From Verrucomicrobiaceae bacterium (GTDB lineage Bacteria > Verrucomicrobiota > Verrucomicrobiia > Verrucomicrobiales > Akkermansiaceae): a stretch of DNA of 64,000 nucleotides. Below are positions 47,793 through 57,227 of the stretch, in pieces. Positions within the stretch are counted from its first letter, which is position 1. Every line of letters begins with the position of its first letter. The translations under genes and the position numbers were made by a program. Where the stretch lies: contig JBPOGH010000002.1 in assembly GCA_051252135.1 (NCBI GenBank), positions 192,001 through 256,000 of the forward strand. Reading direction: 5' to 3'. The notes beneath the pieces were generated by a model. The model was not told the origin of the DNA. It saw nothing but the letters and a program-made list of their open reading frames with translations, and ran no database searches.

Positions 47793-49286
47793 TTAGTTTT
47801 CGACTTCGGGGATGGGGTCGGATTTTAGGATGGGGGTGCCTTCCCAGATGGTTTCGTGGGTTTGGGGGTTGTAGGTGAGGATGCGGTGGGCGGAGTGGGG
47901 TGCGGGGGGGCGGTTTTCTTGGGGGATGAATTTTGCGAGCTCATCGGCTTTGGTGCGGTGGGCGGGGTCGATGGGATCCTTGGCGAGGAGGTTGTGCCAT
48001 TCGTGGGGGTCGTTGGGGTGGTGGTAGAGTTCTTCGGAGCCATCGGCGTAGCGGATGTAGCGCCAGTCGCGGGTGCGGATGCCGTTGTTATGGGCGCAGT
48101 GGGTGGTGATGGCGGGTTGGGTGCGTGGGGTGTTGGGATTTTGGAGTTGGGGGCGGAGGGAGAGGCCGTGGAGTTGGTGGGCGGGTGGGGTGAGGTCGAG
48201 CAGGTCACAGAGGGTGGGGTAGATGTCGAGGAGTTCGGCGGGCTCGTGGACGGTTTGGCCGGGCTTGATGCCGGGGCCGGCGAAAATGAGGGGGACGCGG
48301 GTGCCGTCATCCCAGAGGGTGTTTTTTCCGGTGATTTGTTTTTCGCCGATGTGCCAGCCGTGATCCGACCAGAGGATGATGAGGGTGTTTTCCTTGAGTC
48401 CGGTTTTTTCAAGGGTATCGACGAGGCGGCCGATCTGGGCGTCGACGAAGGTGGTGCAGGCGAGGTAGGAGCGGGTGAGGTTTTTCCATTGCTTGTCCTC
48501 TTGAAGGTATTTGAGGCGGGGCTCGGGGAGTTTCCAGTGGAGGTGCCAGGAGAAGCGTGGGGTGTCGTCGCGATCGGTGGGGTGGATTTGGGGAAGCCGG
48601 AGGGTGTCGAGTGGGTGGAGGTCGAACCATTTTTGGGTGGTGTAGCAGGGGACGTGGGGGAGGAAGAATCCGGTGGCGCAGAAGAAGGGCTTTTGGGATT
48701 TCTCGGCGGCCTGGCGGGTGAGGAAGTCGACGGTCCAGGAGGCGATTTGGTAGTCGCCTTTGTCTTCGTCCTTGTGAGGGAAGGTGCCCCAGTCGACGAG
48801 GGGGTGTTGGGAGGGTGCGTTGGCGAGGGGTTTTTTGGGGAAGGGTGCGGCTTTGGCGGCGGGGCCGAGCTCGTGCCATTCGGGGTGGGGGCCGTTGAGG
48901 GTGCGTCCGGTGTTGCCGTGGAAGATTTTTCCGGAGGTGGCGGTGTGGTAGCCGTTCTTGGAGAGATGTTGGGCGAGGGTGTCGAGTTGGGCGAACTCGG
49001 GGAGCTTGCGGAAGAAGGGGGCGAGGCCGTAGATGCCGGTGCTGCCGGGTCGGAGGCCGAGCATGAGTGAGGTGCGGGAGGGATTGCAGAGGGGTGATTG
49101 GCAGTGGGCGTTGGCGAAGAGGGTGCCGTTTTGGGCGATGGAGTCGATGTGCGGGGTGATGGAATTGGGGTGGCCGTTCATGCAGCCGATCCAGTCGTTT
49201 TGGTCATCGATGGCGATGAAGAGGATGTTGGGTTTTTCGGCGAAGAGGGGAAGGGTGAGGGAAAGGGCGAGGAGGAGGCGCTTCAT
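47793..49286 (-). CDS. S1 sulfatase (iduronate-2-sulfatase/choline-sulfatase-like)
   Basis: PNILFIAIDD, CNPSRTS, GKIFH, PHVP, WSDHGWHIGEK. Confidence 0.93.
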   Translation of the reverse strand: MKRLLLALSLTLPLFAEKPNILFIAIDDQNDWIGCMNGHPNSITPHIDSIAQNGTLFANAHCQSPLCNPSRTSLMLGLRPGSTGIYGLAPFFRKLPEFAQLDTLAQHLSKNGYHTATSGKIFHGNTGRTLNGPHPEWHELGPAAKAAPFPKKPLANAPSQHPLVDWGTFPHKDEDKGDYQIASWTVDFLTRQAAEKSQKPFFCATGFFLPHVPCYTTQKWFDLHPLDTLRLPQIHPTDRDDTPRFSWHLHWKLPEPRLKYLQEDKQWKNLTRSYLACTTFVDAQIGRLVDTLEKTGLKENTLIILWSDHGWHIGEKQITGKNTLWDDGTRVPLIFAGPGIKPGQTVHEPAELLDIYPTLCDLLDLTPPAHQLHGLSLRPQLQNPNTPRTQPAITTHCAHNNGIRTRDWRYIRYADGSEELYHHPNDPHEWHNLLAKDPIDPAHRTKADELAKFIPQENRPPAPHSAHRILTYNPQTHETIWEGTPILKSDPIPEVEN

Positions 49287-49389
49287 GATAGGAATCGTAT
49301 CGTTACGGGGCGGAGTGAGAAGATCATTCGTTTGAGGGTGGATTGGGCGAGGGTGATTTACATCTTGATGGGATTTTGGTTTCTAGGGC

Positions 49390-50571
49390 GTGATGAGTTT
49401 GGAAACGCGGCAACTGGAGCGGGTGAATGATCTGTTGCGGTCGCTTGCGTCCGGGGGAAACGCTTTTTATCAAGGGAAGCTGGCTGGGTTGTCGGAGGTG
49501 GGGAGTTTGGCGGAGTTTGTGGAGCGGGTGCCTTTTACGACGAAGGGTGAGTTGGCGGCTGATCAGGAGGCGCATCCGCCGTATGGGACGAATTTGACGT
49601 GGCCGTTGGAGAGTTACTGTCGTTTTCATCAGACGAGCGGGACATCGGGGCGGCCGATGATTTGGTTGGATGATGTGGCGGGTTGGGAATGGTTGCGGGG
49701 GAACTGGGAGTGGGTGTGGGAGGAGGCGGGAGTGAAGGCGGGTGAGGCGGCGTTTTTTCCGTTTTCGTTTGGGCCGTTTTTGGGATTTTGGGCGGGGTTT
49801 GAGTCGGCGACCCATCTGGGGATTCGGGCGATTCCGGCGGGCGGGTTGTCGAGTGAGAATCGGATCAAGATGATGGAGCGGCTGCGGCCGGAGGTGTTGT
49901 GTTGCACGCCGACGTATGGGCTGCGGCTGGCGGAGGTGGCGGAAGATGCGAGGGCGCTGGGGGTGCGGAAGATCATCGTGGCGGGTGAGCCGGGCGGGAG
50001 TTTGCCGGAGGTGCGGGCGCGGCTGGAGGAGGCGTGGGGAGCGGAAGTGATCGATCACCACGGGATGACGGAAGTGGGTCCGGTGACGGTGGGGGATCGG
50101 GAGGATGCGACGTTTTTACGTATTCGGCACGAAGGGTATTTTTGCGAGGTGATTGATCAGGATGAGAGTGGAGTGGGGGAGTTGGTGTTGACGACGCTGG
50201 GTCGTCATGGGTCGCCCTTGCTGCGGTATCGGACGGGGGATCTGGTGCAGCCGGTGGAGCGTGTGGAGGGGTTTGCGCTGAAGGGCGGGATCATCGGGCG
50301 GGTGGATGATATGGTGGTGGTGCGCGGGGTGAATTTGTATCCGGGCGCGGTGGAGGAAGTGGTGAAGAGTGTGTCGGGGATTGTGGAGTATGAGGTTCTG
50401 ATCGAGGAGAAGGATGCGATGGCGGAGGTTCGGCTTCGGGTGGAGGGTGAAGGGGTTGAGGAGTTGGCGGCGAAGCTGCAGGAAGTTTTTAGTTTGAGGA
50501 TTCCGGTGGAGCAGGTGGCGGAGGGGACGCTGGAGCGTTTTGAGATGAAATCGCGGCGATGGAAAAAGTAA
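49390..50571 (+). CDS. Phenylacetate-CoA ligase (PaaK)-like adenylate-forming enzyme
   Basis: PFTTK, TSGTSG.P, TPTY, AGEPG, HGMTE, GELVLT, LRYRTGD, GRVDDM...RGVN.YP, terminal catalytic Lys region. Confidence 0.9.
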   Translation: MMSLETRQLERVNDLLRSLASGGNAFYQGKLAGLSEVGSLAEFVERVPFTTKGELAADQEAHPPYGTNLTWPLESYCRFHQTSGTSGRPMIWLDDVAGWEWLRGNWEWVWEEAGVKAGEAAFFPFSFGPFLGFWAGFESATHLGIRAIPAGGLSSENRIKMMERLRPEVLCCTPTYGLRLAEVAEDARALGVRKIIVAGEPGGSLPEVRARLEEAWGAEVIDHHGMTEVGPVTVGDREDATFLRIRHEGYFCEVIDQDESGVGELVLTTLGRHGSPLLRYRTGDLVQPVERVEGFALKGGIIGRVDDMVVVRGVNLYPGAVEEVVKSVSGIVEYEVLIEEKDAMAEVRLRVEGEGVEELAAKLQEVFSLRIPVEQVAEGTLERFEMKSRRWKK

Positions 50572-52214
50572 GCCGGCGGGAGTTTGTCGGCGAAGTGATC
50601 GGGACATTTATCTTGGTCTTCTTCGGGCTGGGGAGTGTGGCGGTGGAGGTGGCGACCGAGGTGTCGCTGGGGCTGCCGGTGATTGCGTTGATTTGGGGGG
50701 CGGCGGTGGCGGTGGCGATTTATGCGGTGGGGCCGATGAGCGGGGCGCACTTGAATCCATCGATTACGCTGGCGTTCGCGTGTTGGACGCCTTTTCCGTG
50801 GGCGAAGGTGCCGGGGCATGTGGTGGCGCAGTTTGTGGGGGCGATGTTGGGGGCGCTGGCGGTTTACGGGTGCTTTGGGGGAGCGATCGGGGAGTTTGAG
50901 AAGGCGGGCGGGATTGTGAGGGGGGAGGCGGGGAGTGAGGTGAGCGGGAAGATTTTTGGGGAGTATTTTGGTGAGGCATCCTTGGTGAAGGCGATGATTT
51001 GGGAGGGGTCGGGGACCTTCTTGTTGGCCTTCGGGGTCTTTTGGCTGATCAAGGTGACGAGGGAGCCAAGGGCGTGGGGCATTGAAAAATTCCTCCCGGT
51101 GATGATTGGGCTTTGGTTGGCCTTGTTGATTTGGCTGGTGGCGCCGGTGACGCAGGCGGGGTTCAATCCGGCGCGGGATTTGGGCCCTCGTTTGGTTTCG
51201 GCGATTTTGGGTTGGGGAAGTTGGGCGTTTGAGGCGAATGGCTGGGGGTGGTTTTGGGTCTATGTGGTGGCTCCGGTGGTTGGGGGATTATTGGGAGGGG
51301 CTTGTTGCCGGTGGAGGAAGGGGTTGGGGGGGCAGGCTGTTTCGGTGGTGGTTGGGTTTTCGCTTCTGTGGTTTTCGGTGGTGCGTCTTTCGGCTCCGGC
51401 GAGGAAAATTGAAATGGAGGGAGGAGGCCATACGCGGGTGGAAGAATCGGTGAGGATTGGGATTTTTAACATCGCGCATGGTCGAGGTGCGGAGGAGGGG
51501 CTCACGAATTGGGAGGGGGGACCTGAAGAGGAGCGACGGGAGCGGATGAAGGAGATCGGGCGGTTGTTGAAGGCGCAGAATCTGGATGTGATTGTGCTGA
51601 ATGAAGTGGATTTCAATTGCACCTGGAGTCACGGGGTTGACCAGGCCGGATTCCTTGCGGGGGAGTTGGGGATGGATGCGGTTCTTCGTCAGCGGAACTA
51701 TGACAGCGGGGTGCCGTTCTTCTCGTGGGAATTTGGGAACGCGGTTTTGAGTCGATATGCGCTGAGGGATGCCGAGTTGGTTTCCTATCCGGTGGTACGA
51801 TGGTGGGAGCCGGTTCTGATGGGGAAGAAAGAGGGGGTGAGGGTGAGAGTCGGCCAGGACTTTGATTTGATGGCGGTGCATCTGGAGACCCGGGACGCGG
51901 GCGTGAGGCGGGATTCTTTGAAGCAGCTTCTGAAGGCGGCGTCCGGGAACTCCGTGCTGGCGGGGGACTTTAACGCAGAGCTTGGCGGGAGTGGGGAAAC
52001 GGCGATTGATCTTGTGAGAGCTGATGGTCGCTGGCAGGCGGCCGGTGGGTGGGAGAATGGGGAAATGTTTCGTAGCTATCCGGCGAGGAATCCTCGCTTG
52101 CGGATTGATTGGATTTTTGTGCCCAAGGATTGGGAGCAGTTGGGCGTGGAGGTGATTGCGACGGAGTTGTCAGATCACGCGCTCTTGGTTTCGGAGTGGC
52201 GGGTGGCCAGGTAG
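50559..52214 (+). CDS. Aquaglyceroporin (MIP) fused to an endonuclease/exonuclease/phosphatase (EEP) domain
   Basis: MIP: E..GTF, SGAHLNPS, FNPARDLGPR, W.YVVAP..G; EEP: FNIAHG, LNEVD, GNAVLS, VHL, AGDFN, RIDWIF, SDH; single 551-aa ORF. Confidence 0.88.
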   Translation: MEKVSRREFVGEVIGTFILVFFGLGSVAVEVATEVSLGLPVIALIWGAAVAVAIYAVGPMSGAHLNPSITLAFACWTPFPWAKVPGHVVAQFVGAMLGALAVYGCFGGAIGEFEKAGGIVRGEAGSEVSGKIFGEYFGEASLVKAMIWEGSGTFLLAFGVFWLIKVTREPRAWGIEKFLPVMIGLWLALLIWLVAPVTQAGFNPARDLGPRLVSAILGWGSWAFEANGWGWFWVYVVAPVVGGLLGGACCRWRKGLGGQAVSVVVGFSLLWFSVVRLSAPARKIEMEGGGHTRVEESVRIGIFNIAHGRGAEEGLTNWEGGPEEERRERMKEIGRLLKAQNLDVIVLNEVDFNCTWSHGVDQAGFLAGELGMDAVLRQRNYDSGVPFFSWEFGNAVLSRYALRDAELVSYPVVRWWEPVLMGKKEGVRVRVGQDFDLMAVHLETRDAGVRRDSLKQLLKAASGNSVLAGDFNAELGGSGETAIDLVRADGRWQAAGGWENGEMFRSYPARNPRLRIDWIFVPKDWEQLGVEVIATELSDHALLVSEWRVAR

Positions 52215-52301
52215 GGTTCGACGGTTCTTCTGGAAGCGGGTTAAATTTCCTACGTTCTTTTTTGATGAATCGGGAATGATTTATCAGATTGGAATTTGGT
52301 T

Positions 52302-53051
52302 ATGACATCACCTCCTCGAATTTTGGTCGTCTTGGGCGTTTTATGTATGGGCTTTGGTGCCGGGAGTTTGGTGGAGATGATTTTGGGGCTGACTCAGGAT
52401 CGGTTCATGCTGAATGCCGGGGTCTTTCTGATTCCGGTGGGGTATGGGGTATTGATTGGGCGGGAATCTTCGTTGGGGTGGTTGAAGATTTGGCATGGGA
52501 TCGGGTTGATCTCCTGTATTCTTGGTTTGTGTTTGGTGCTTTTTAAGGCGGCGGACTGGAAGATCGGCGTTTTAGCGGTTTGCTTGGCAGGTGGCTTTTG
52601 TTGGTCGCTTCGTGAGATCAGGACGAGGTCGGTAAAAACTTGGTTTGCGGATGGTGAGGCGGATGAGGCGTTGATGAAAGGGGTCCGGATCGGGGCGGTG
52701 ATTTTAGGAGTGGTTCCTGCGCTGTTGATTTATTTCCACGAGAGGAAGATCGAGGAGGCATTTTACATCAACACCCGGGTGTCGATGGTTGATGAAGTGA
52801 CGGGAGAATTTTTGAACCATGTTGAGACAAGCGGGAGTCGGGGAAAGGATGAACGGGTTACAATGAGAACCAGTTCGAGAAGCGAACCACATGGTCTTGA
52901 GGTGGATTTCCGGGGAATCGTTTTCGAACCCTATGAGGTCAGTTTGGGTTCAAGGGGATATGAGCCCCAGACAATCGTCCTCGATGAGGATTCCAAGGAG
53001 AAGATGATCCTCAGGATGACTCCTCTTCGCTCAGAATCTGATACGGAGTGA
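52302..53051 (+). CDS. Hypothetical membrane protein (about 5 TM plus C-terminal beta domain)
   Basis: Hydrophobic helices followed by a carboxypeptidase-regulatory-like pattern (VD..TGE.L, GYEP). Confidence 0.65.
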   Translation: MTSPPRILVVLGVLCMGFGAGSLVEMILGLTQDRFMLNAGVFLIPVGYGVLIGRESSLGWLKIWHGIGLISCILGLCLVLFKAADWKIGVLAVCLAGGFCWSLREIRTRSVKTWFADGEADEALMKGVRIGAVILGVVPALLIYFHERKIEEAFYINTRVSMVDEVTGEFLNHVETSGSRGKDERVTMRTSSRSEPHGLEVDFRGIVFEPYEVSLGSRGYEPQTIVLDEDSKEKMILRMTPLRSESDTE

Positions 53052-53177
53052 GGAAGCTTTATGCGAGCGGGGTCGGCCCGTTTCCGGGTTTCCATTTGAT
53101 GCGGCAACGCCCGCCGGGTTCGCCTTTTCCGGGAGGGAGAGGAGGAGGTAGGTTTCCCGTGTTGCTTCCGGCCCGGG

Positions 53178-53825
53178 TTAGAGAGGTTTCTTTTTGGAGA
53201 CGGTGATGTGGGGGGGGCGGAGGTAGTAGGCTTCGGGAGGGATGGCCAAGAGGGCGGCTTGTTGGTCGACGGATCGTTTTTCCCAGGCCTGGAGGAGGGT
53301 TTCGGCGGTGGGGGTGACTTGGGTGACGGGTTGACCGGTGAGGCGGAGTCGGGCGAGGGGTTCGAAGGTGCCGATGGGGCCGTTGAGTTGGTCGAGGCGG
53401 GTGAGGAATTTTTGGTGGTCGAGGAGTTCGGGTTCGGCTCCGACGGGCATGATGAAGAAGGAGTCACGGCGGGCGTCGCCGACGGCCCATTGGAGGTCAG
53501 GGACGCCCTCGAAGGAGCAGAGTCCGGCGACGCCGCAGTGGTGGACCTGGGCGATGGCTTGGGCGGAGGCGATGCCGACACGGGCGCCATTGTAGCTGCC
53601 GGGGCCGGTGCCGACGATGATGGCGGAGAGGGTTTGGCCGGTGGGAAGCTGGCCTAAGATCTGCTCTAGGGGGGCGAAGAGGTCGACCTCCTGTGATCGT
53701 TCACTGGTGAACTCTGCGCGGGCTGAAATGACGCCATTACAGGCCAGTGCGAGGGTTGCTTGGGGGACGCTTGTCTCCATGGCGAGGGTCCATTGATGTT
53801 CCACGATTGGGAGGTTGTCAGACAC
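53178..53825 (-). CDS. tsaB: tRNA threonylcarbamoyladenosine biosynthesis protein TsaB
   Basis: LA.ETS, VGTGPGSY.G.R.G, DARR, P.Y.R. Confidence 0.9.
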   Translation of the reverse strand: MSDNLPIVEHQWTLAMETSVPQATLALACNGVISARAEFTSERSQEVDLFAPLEQILGQLPTGQTLSAIIVGTGPGSYNGARVGIASAQAIAQVHHCGVAGLCSFEGVPDLQWAVGDARRDSFFIMPVGAEPELLDHQKFLTRLDQLNGPIGTFEPLARLRLTGQPVTQVTPTAETLLQAWEKRSVDQQAALLAIPPEAYYLRPPHITVSKKKPL

Positions 53826-53943
53826 TTCACTTAGGCTAAATAAAAAAACTCTCTCCTTGTGAGAGAAACCCTTGCGCCGGTTCTGTCGCCGCCGTATCCC
53901 TAGCCAGTCAAATTTTCTCTCTTAGCACACGATTTTTATTACC

Positions 53944-55074
53944 ATGTCTGATTACGCCAAAGGTCTCGAAGGAGTCATCGCCAATGAATCCGCACTTTCT
54001 AATGTCGAAGGCAAGGAAGGCCGGCTCTCTTACCTGGGCTACCACATCGATGATCTGGTTGAGAACTGCACCTTCGAGGAGGTGACGCATCTGTTGCACC
54101 GTGGCAAGTTGCCGAATGCGCAGGAGTTGGCTGATTTTGAAAAGGCGCTGCGTAATGATCGTGCGATTCCGCAGGGGGTGATTGATTTTCTTTTGGCGGC
54201 TCCGAAGGATGCGAATCCGATGGACGTGCTGCGGACGGCGGTGTCGATGCTGGGTCTTTATGACAAGCGGGCGAAGGTGGGTGAGCCCGATCAGGAGGCG
54301 AATCGTCAGGTTGCTCTTTCGCTGGTGGCGCAGACTCCGGTGATTGTGGCCTATTACCACCGGGCGCGTCAGGGTCTGGAGCTGCTGCCGGTGCGCAGTG
54401 ATCTTTCCGAGGCGGCGCATTTTCTTTATCTGATGTCGGGCGAGGAGCCCTCAGAGGCGGCGACGCGGACGCTGGACATCGCTTACACCTTGCATGCGGA
54501 TCACGGGATGAACGCATCGACCTTTTCGGCACGGGTGACGATTGCGACGCTTTCCGATTTTTACTCTGCGATGACTTCGGCGATCGGGACGCTCAAGGGA
54601 CCGCTGCACGGGGGTGCGAACGAGGGGGTGATCAAGATGCTCAAGAAGATCGGCGATCTTGAAAAAGTGGATGCTTATGTGGAGGACTGCCTGGCGAACA
54701 AGAAGAAGATCATGGGCATTGGTCACCGGGTCTACAAGGTGCTCGATCCCCGCGCGCCGCATCTTCAGAAGATGGCAATCAAGTTGACCGAGGAGCTCGG
54801 CGAGGCGAAGTGGATCAAGATGTCCGAGCGGATTGCGACGATGATGCGCGAGAAGAAGGGCCTGAATGCGAATGTGGATTTCTACTCGGCCACGGTTTAT
54901 TATTCTCTGGGAATTCCGACTGATTTGTTCACGCCGATTTTTGCGATTGCGCGGATGTCGGGCTGGACGGCGCAGGTGCTGGAGCAGCTCAATGACAGTC
55001 GCCTCTATCGTCCGTTGACGAAGTATGTGGGTCCTGCGGAGCTTTCGCCCGTGCCGCCGATTGGCGAGCGCTAG
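53944..55074 (+). CDS. gltA: Citrate synthase (short, citrate/2-methylcitrate type)
   Basis: GLEGV, DHGMNASTF, GPLHGGANE, MGIGHRVYK..DPR, NVDFYS. Confidence 0.93.
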   Translation: MSDYAKGLEGVIANESALSNVEGKEGRLSYLGYHIDDLVENCTFEEVTHLLHRGKLPNAQELADFEKALRNDRAIPQGVIDFLLAAPKDANPMDVLRTAVSMLGLYDKRAKVGEPDQEANRQVALSLVAQTPVIVAYYHRARQGLELLPVRSDLSEAAHFLYLMSGEEPSEAATRTLDIAYTLHADHGMNASTFSARVTIATLSDFYSAMTSAIGTLKGPLHGGANEGVIKMLKKIGDLEKVDAYVEDCLANKKKIMGIGHRVYKVLDPRAPHLQKMAIKLTEELGEAKWIKMSERIATMMREKKGLNANVDFYSATVYYSLGIPTDLFTPIFAIARMSGWTAQVLEQLNDSRLYRPLTKYVGPAELSPVPPIGER

Positions 55075-55080
55075 ACTGTG

Positions 55081-55569
55081 ATGGAAATCACGGCGCGGAA
55101 CAAATTTGATGCGGCGGTGCTGAAGCTCGGTTCCGAGTTGCATGTGAGGTATCGGCACCGGATTTTTGTGATCCTGAGGTATGTGTATTTGCTGCTGATT
55201 CCGCTGGGGATTTATTTGTTGCTGCACGGTGACGAGCAGTTTGGGACGGTGTTTATTTTCATCGCTCCGATTTTATTTTTGCGGAAGTATTTTTGGCAGT
55301 ATCGGCTGATCAAGGGGGCGAAGGTCTCACCGCATGCGAAGCATGAACTGACGACGGTGTTTCATGATGAGGGGTTGCACCAGACCTCGAAGCTTCACGA
55401 TGTGGAGATGAAGTGGGGGAGCTTTTGTGATCGGCTTTTGTCACCGAAGGCGATCCTGCTGTATCCGCAGAAGCACCAGTATTTGATTTTTCCGCGAAGC
55501 GCGTTTGCGACGCAGGAGGATTTTGACGAGGTGTCGAAGATGGTGAGGGAGAAGGTCGCGGCTCTGTAG
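55081..55569 (+). CDS. YcxB-like membrane protein
   Basis: Two TM helices, then W......LLY.....IFPR.AF C-terminal pattern. Confidence 0.7.
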   Translation: MEITARNKFDAAVLKLGSELHVRYRHRIFVILRYVYLLLIPLGIYLLLHGDEQFGTVFIFIAPILFLRKYFWQYRLIKGAKVSPHAKHELTTVFHDEGLHQTSKLHDVEMKWGSFCDRLLSPKAILLYPQKHQYLIFPRSAFATQEDFDEVSKMVREKVAAL

Positions 55570-55588
55570 GCTTGGGTTCCGGTGAATT

Positions 55589-55618
55589 AACCGCAGATGG
55601 ACAGGATGAAGGGGATGG
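55589..55618 (+). repeat. 30-bp extragenic element, copy 2
   Basis: AACCGCAGATGGACAGGATGAAGGGGATGG, 26/30 identical to 4226-4255. Confidence 0.6.
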
Positions 55619-55663
55619 GTTGAGGGGGGCGCTCAACTTAACGAAGGCCTCTGCGATGACGGG

Positions 55664-56404
55664 TCATGGGCCGGAGGTGCCTGATGGGGTGATGAGGGGG
55701 CAGACGCGGGGGTCGGTGAAGTCCGGGAGGCCGTTGATTTTACGAACGAGGCGTTCGTTGACGTGGGAGAATTTTCCGGCCTGGTGGTAGCGGAGGTCGG
55801 AGGAGGCGAAGTGGGCGGCGAGGGCGCGGCGGGGTGTCTCGCTGAAGTTCGGCGGGTTGCCGTGGAGGGTTTGGGAGGGGAAGATGACGAGGTCTCCCAT
55901 TTGGAGTGCCATGCGCTTGTGGTCGTCCTTTGAGCGGCCGGTGGGGACGATGGTGATGGGGCCCATGTCGTGGGTGAAGTCACAGAGGGGAATCCAGGCG
56001 GTGGCCATGATGGAGGCCTGGCAGGTGAGCCAGCGTGAGTTCTCGCGGTGCCAGTGGTATTTGATTTCTCCGGCGGGGCGTGGTTCGTCGTAGAGGAGTT
56101 GGTCGTGCCAGAAGCGGATGGCGGGCATGCCGGTGGTTTCCGAGACGAGTTGGGCGAGGCGGCCATCGCGGAGTAGGGAGGCGATGGGGGACTGGAAGAA
56201 GGAGGCGTAGGGGTGCTTGCGGGTGCGGGCGCGGCAGGTGCGCGGAGCGGGCCAATCGAAGGCGGGGGAGGAGTCGGTCTCGCCGCGGTAGTAGGCGTCT
56301 TGAGCGGCAGCGACGGCGGTGATTTCCTGCCGGGAGAAGAATCCACGCACGATGGCGTAGCCTTCCTGGGTTAGGAATTCACGGCGTCTCTCCGGCGGGC
56401 GCAT
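55664..56404 (-). CDS. Phytanoyl-CoA dioxygenase (PhyH) family Fe(II)/2OG oxygenase
   Basis: F...GY.IV, WHRE, TAWIPL.D....G, GD..IF....LHG..PN.S..PRRA. Confidence 0.85.
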   Translation of the reverse strand: MRPPERRREFLTQEGYAIVRGFFSRQEITAVAAAQDAYYRGETDSSPAFDWPAPRTCRARTRKHPYASFFQSPIASLLRDGRLAQLVSETTGMPAIRFWHDQLLYDEPRPAGEIKYHWHRENSRWLTCQASIMATAWIPLCDFTHDMGPITIVPTGRSKDDHKRMALQMGDLVIFPSQTLHGNPPNFSETPRRALAAHFASSDLRYHQAGKFSHVNERLVRKINGLPDFTDPRVCPLITPSGTSGP

Positions 56405-56455
56405 GCAGACGGCTAATCGCGGAGAGGCAAAAAGGCAATCGTAAGTCGGCGCGTT

Positions 56456-57133
56456 TTAAGGCTCGGGGGTCTCGAACTCGCGAATCTTGGCAGCGGCGTT
56501 TGCGGCGTAGCGGGAGTTGGGGAGTTGCTTGACGATCTTATCGAGGATCATGATGGCCTGAATGTGATCGGAGAAGTCCTTTTCGTAGATCTCGGCGATG
56601 TAGAAGAGGATGTCGGTCTTTTGGCGATCCGGCCAATCCCGGGAGTCGAGGGCAATCTTGAGTCCATCGATGGCCTGACGGGGTTTGTCGAGGTGCTTGC
56701 GCTGGATTTTGGCGATTTCGAGGTGATAGGAGCTGTTATCGTGATCCCGTTTGATGAGTTCGCGGTAATTTGCGATGGCCTGGGTGTAGTCGCCATCGGC
56801 ACATTCCTTTTTCGCGTTGGCGAGGAGGTCGTCCGATTCGAGATTATGTGGCTCGTAGACTCCGTCCGACATTTGCTCGGCAAACCAGGGGAAGGCGAAG
56901 TGGTAGGCGAGGTAGGAGGCGTAGAGGAGGGTGATGACGAGAGGGATGGCGGTGGCGCCGATATTGCTCAGGAGGTCATCGGTTTGCGTGCCGTAGTCCT
57001 CGAGCATGGCGTAGTCGTCATCCTTGTATTCCTCGACCGCTTCGGAAGGGCTGGAGCTGACATAATAGATGATGGCGGTGATGCACACCATGACGGCCAG
57101 TATGCGGAGATGAATTTTGATATTCCTGTCCAT
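56456..57133 (-). CDS. Membrane-anchored TPR protein
   Basis: Two TM helices followed by TPR-like helices (GDY.QAI..Y, P.S.YA). Confidence 0.75.
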   Translation of the reverse strand: MDRNIKIHLRILAVMVCITAIIYYVSSSPSEAVEEYKDDDYAMLEDYGTQTDDLLSNIGATAIPLVITLLYASYLAYHFAFPWFAEQMSDGVYEPHNLESDDLLANAKKECADGDYTQAIANYRELIKRDHDNSSYHLEIAKIQRKHLDKPRQAIDGLKIALDSRDWPDRQKTDILFYIAEIYEKDFSDHIQAIMILDKIVKQLPNSRYAANAAAKIREFETPEP

Positions 57134-57227
57134 GGGGTTACTTTAACCCTACGCAAATTGGAGAGTTGTGGAAAGAATTGAATTCCGAAGCTTCGCAAAT
57201 GAAGGAGGGTGATGGAGCCGAATTGAT

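Noticed and set aside
53052..53177. GC-rich gap with three AACCCGG units and GGAAGCAAC on the minus strand; considered as SRP RNA or a c-di-GMP riboswitch
   Set aside because: Full conserved motifs and helices not found; lies between convergent 3' ends
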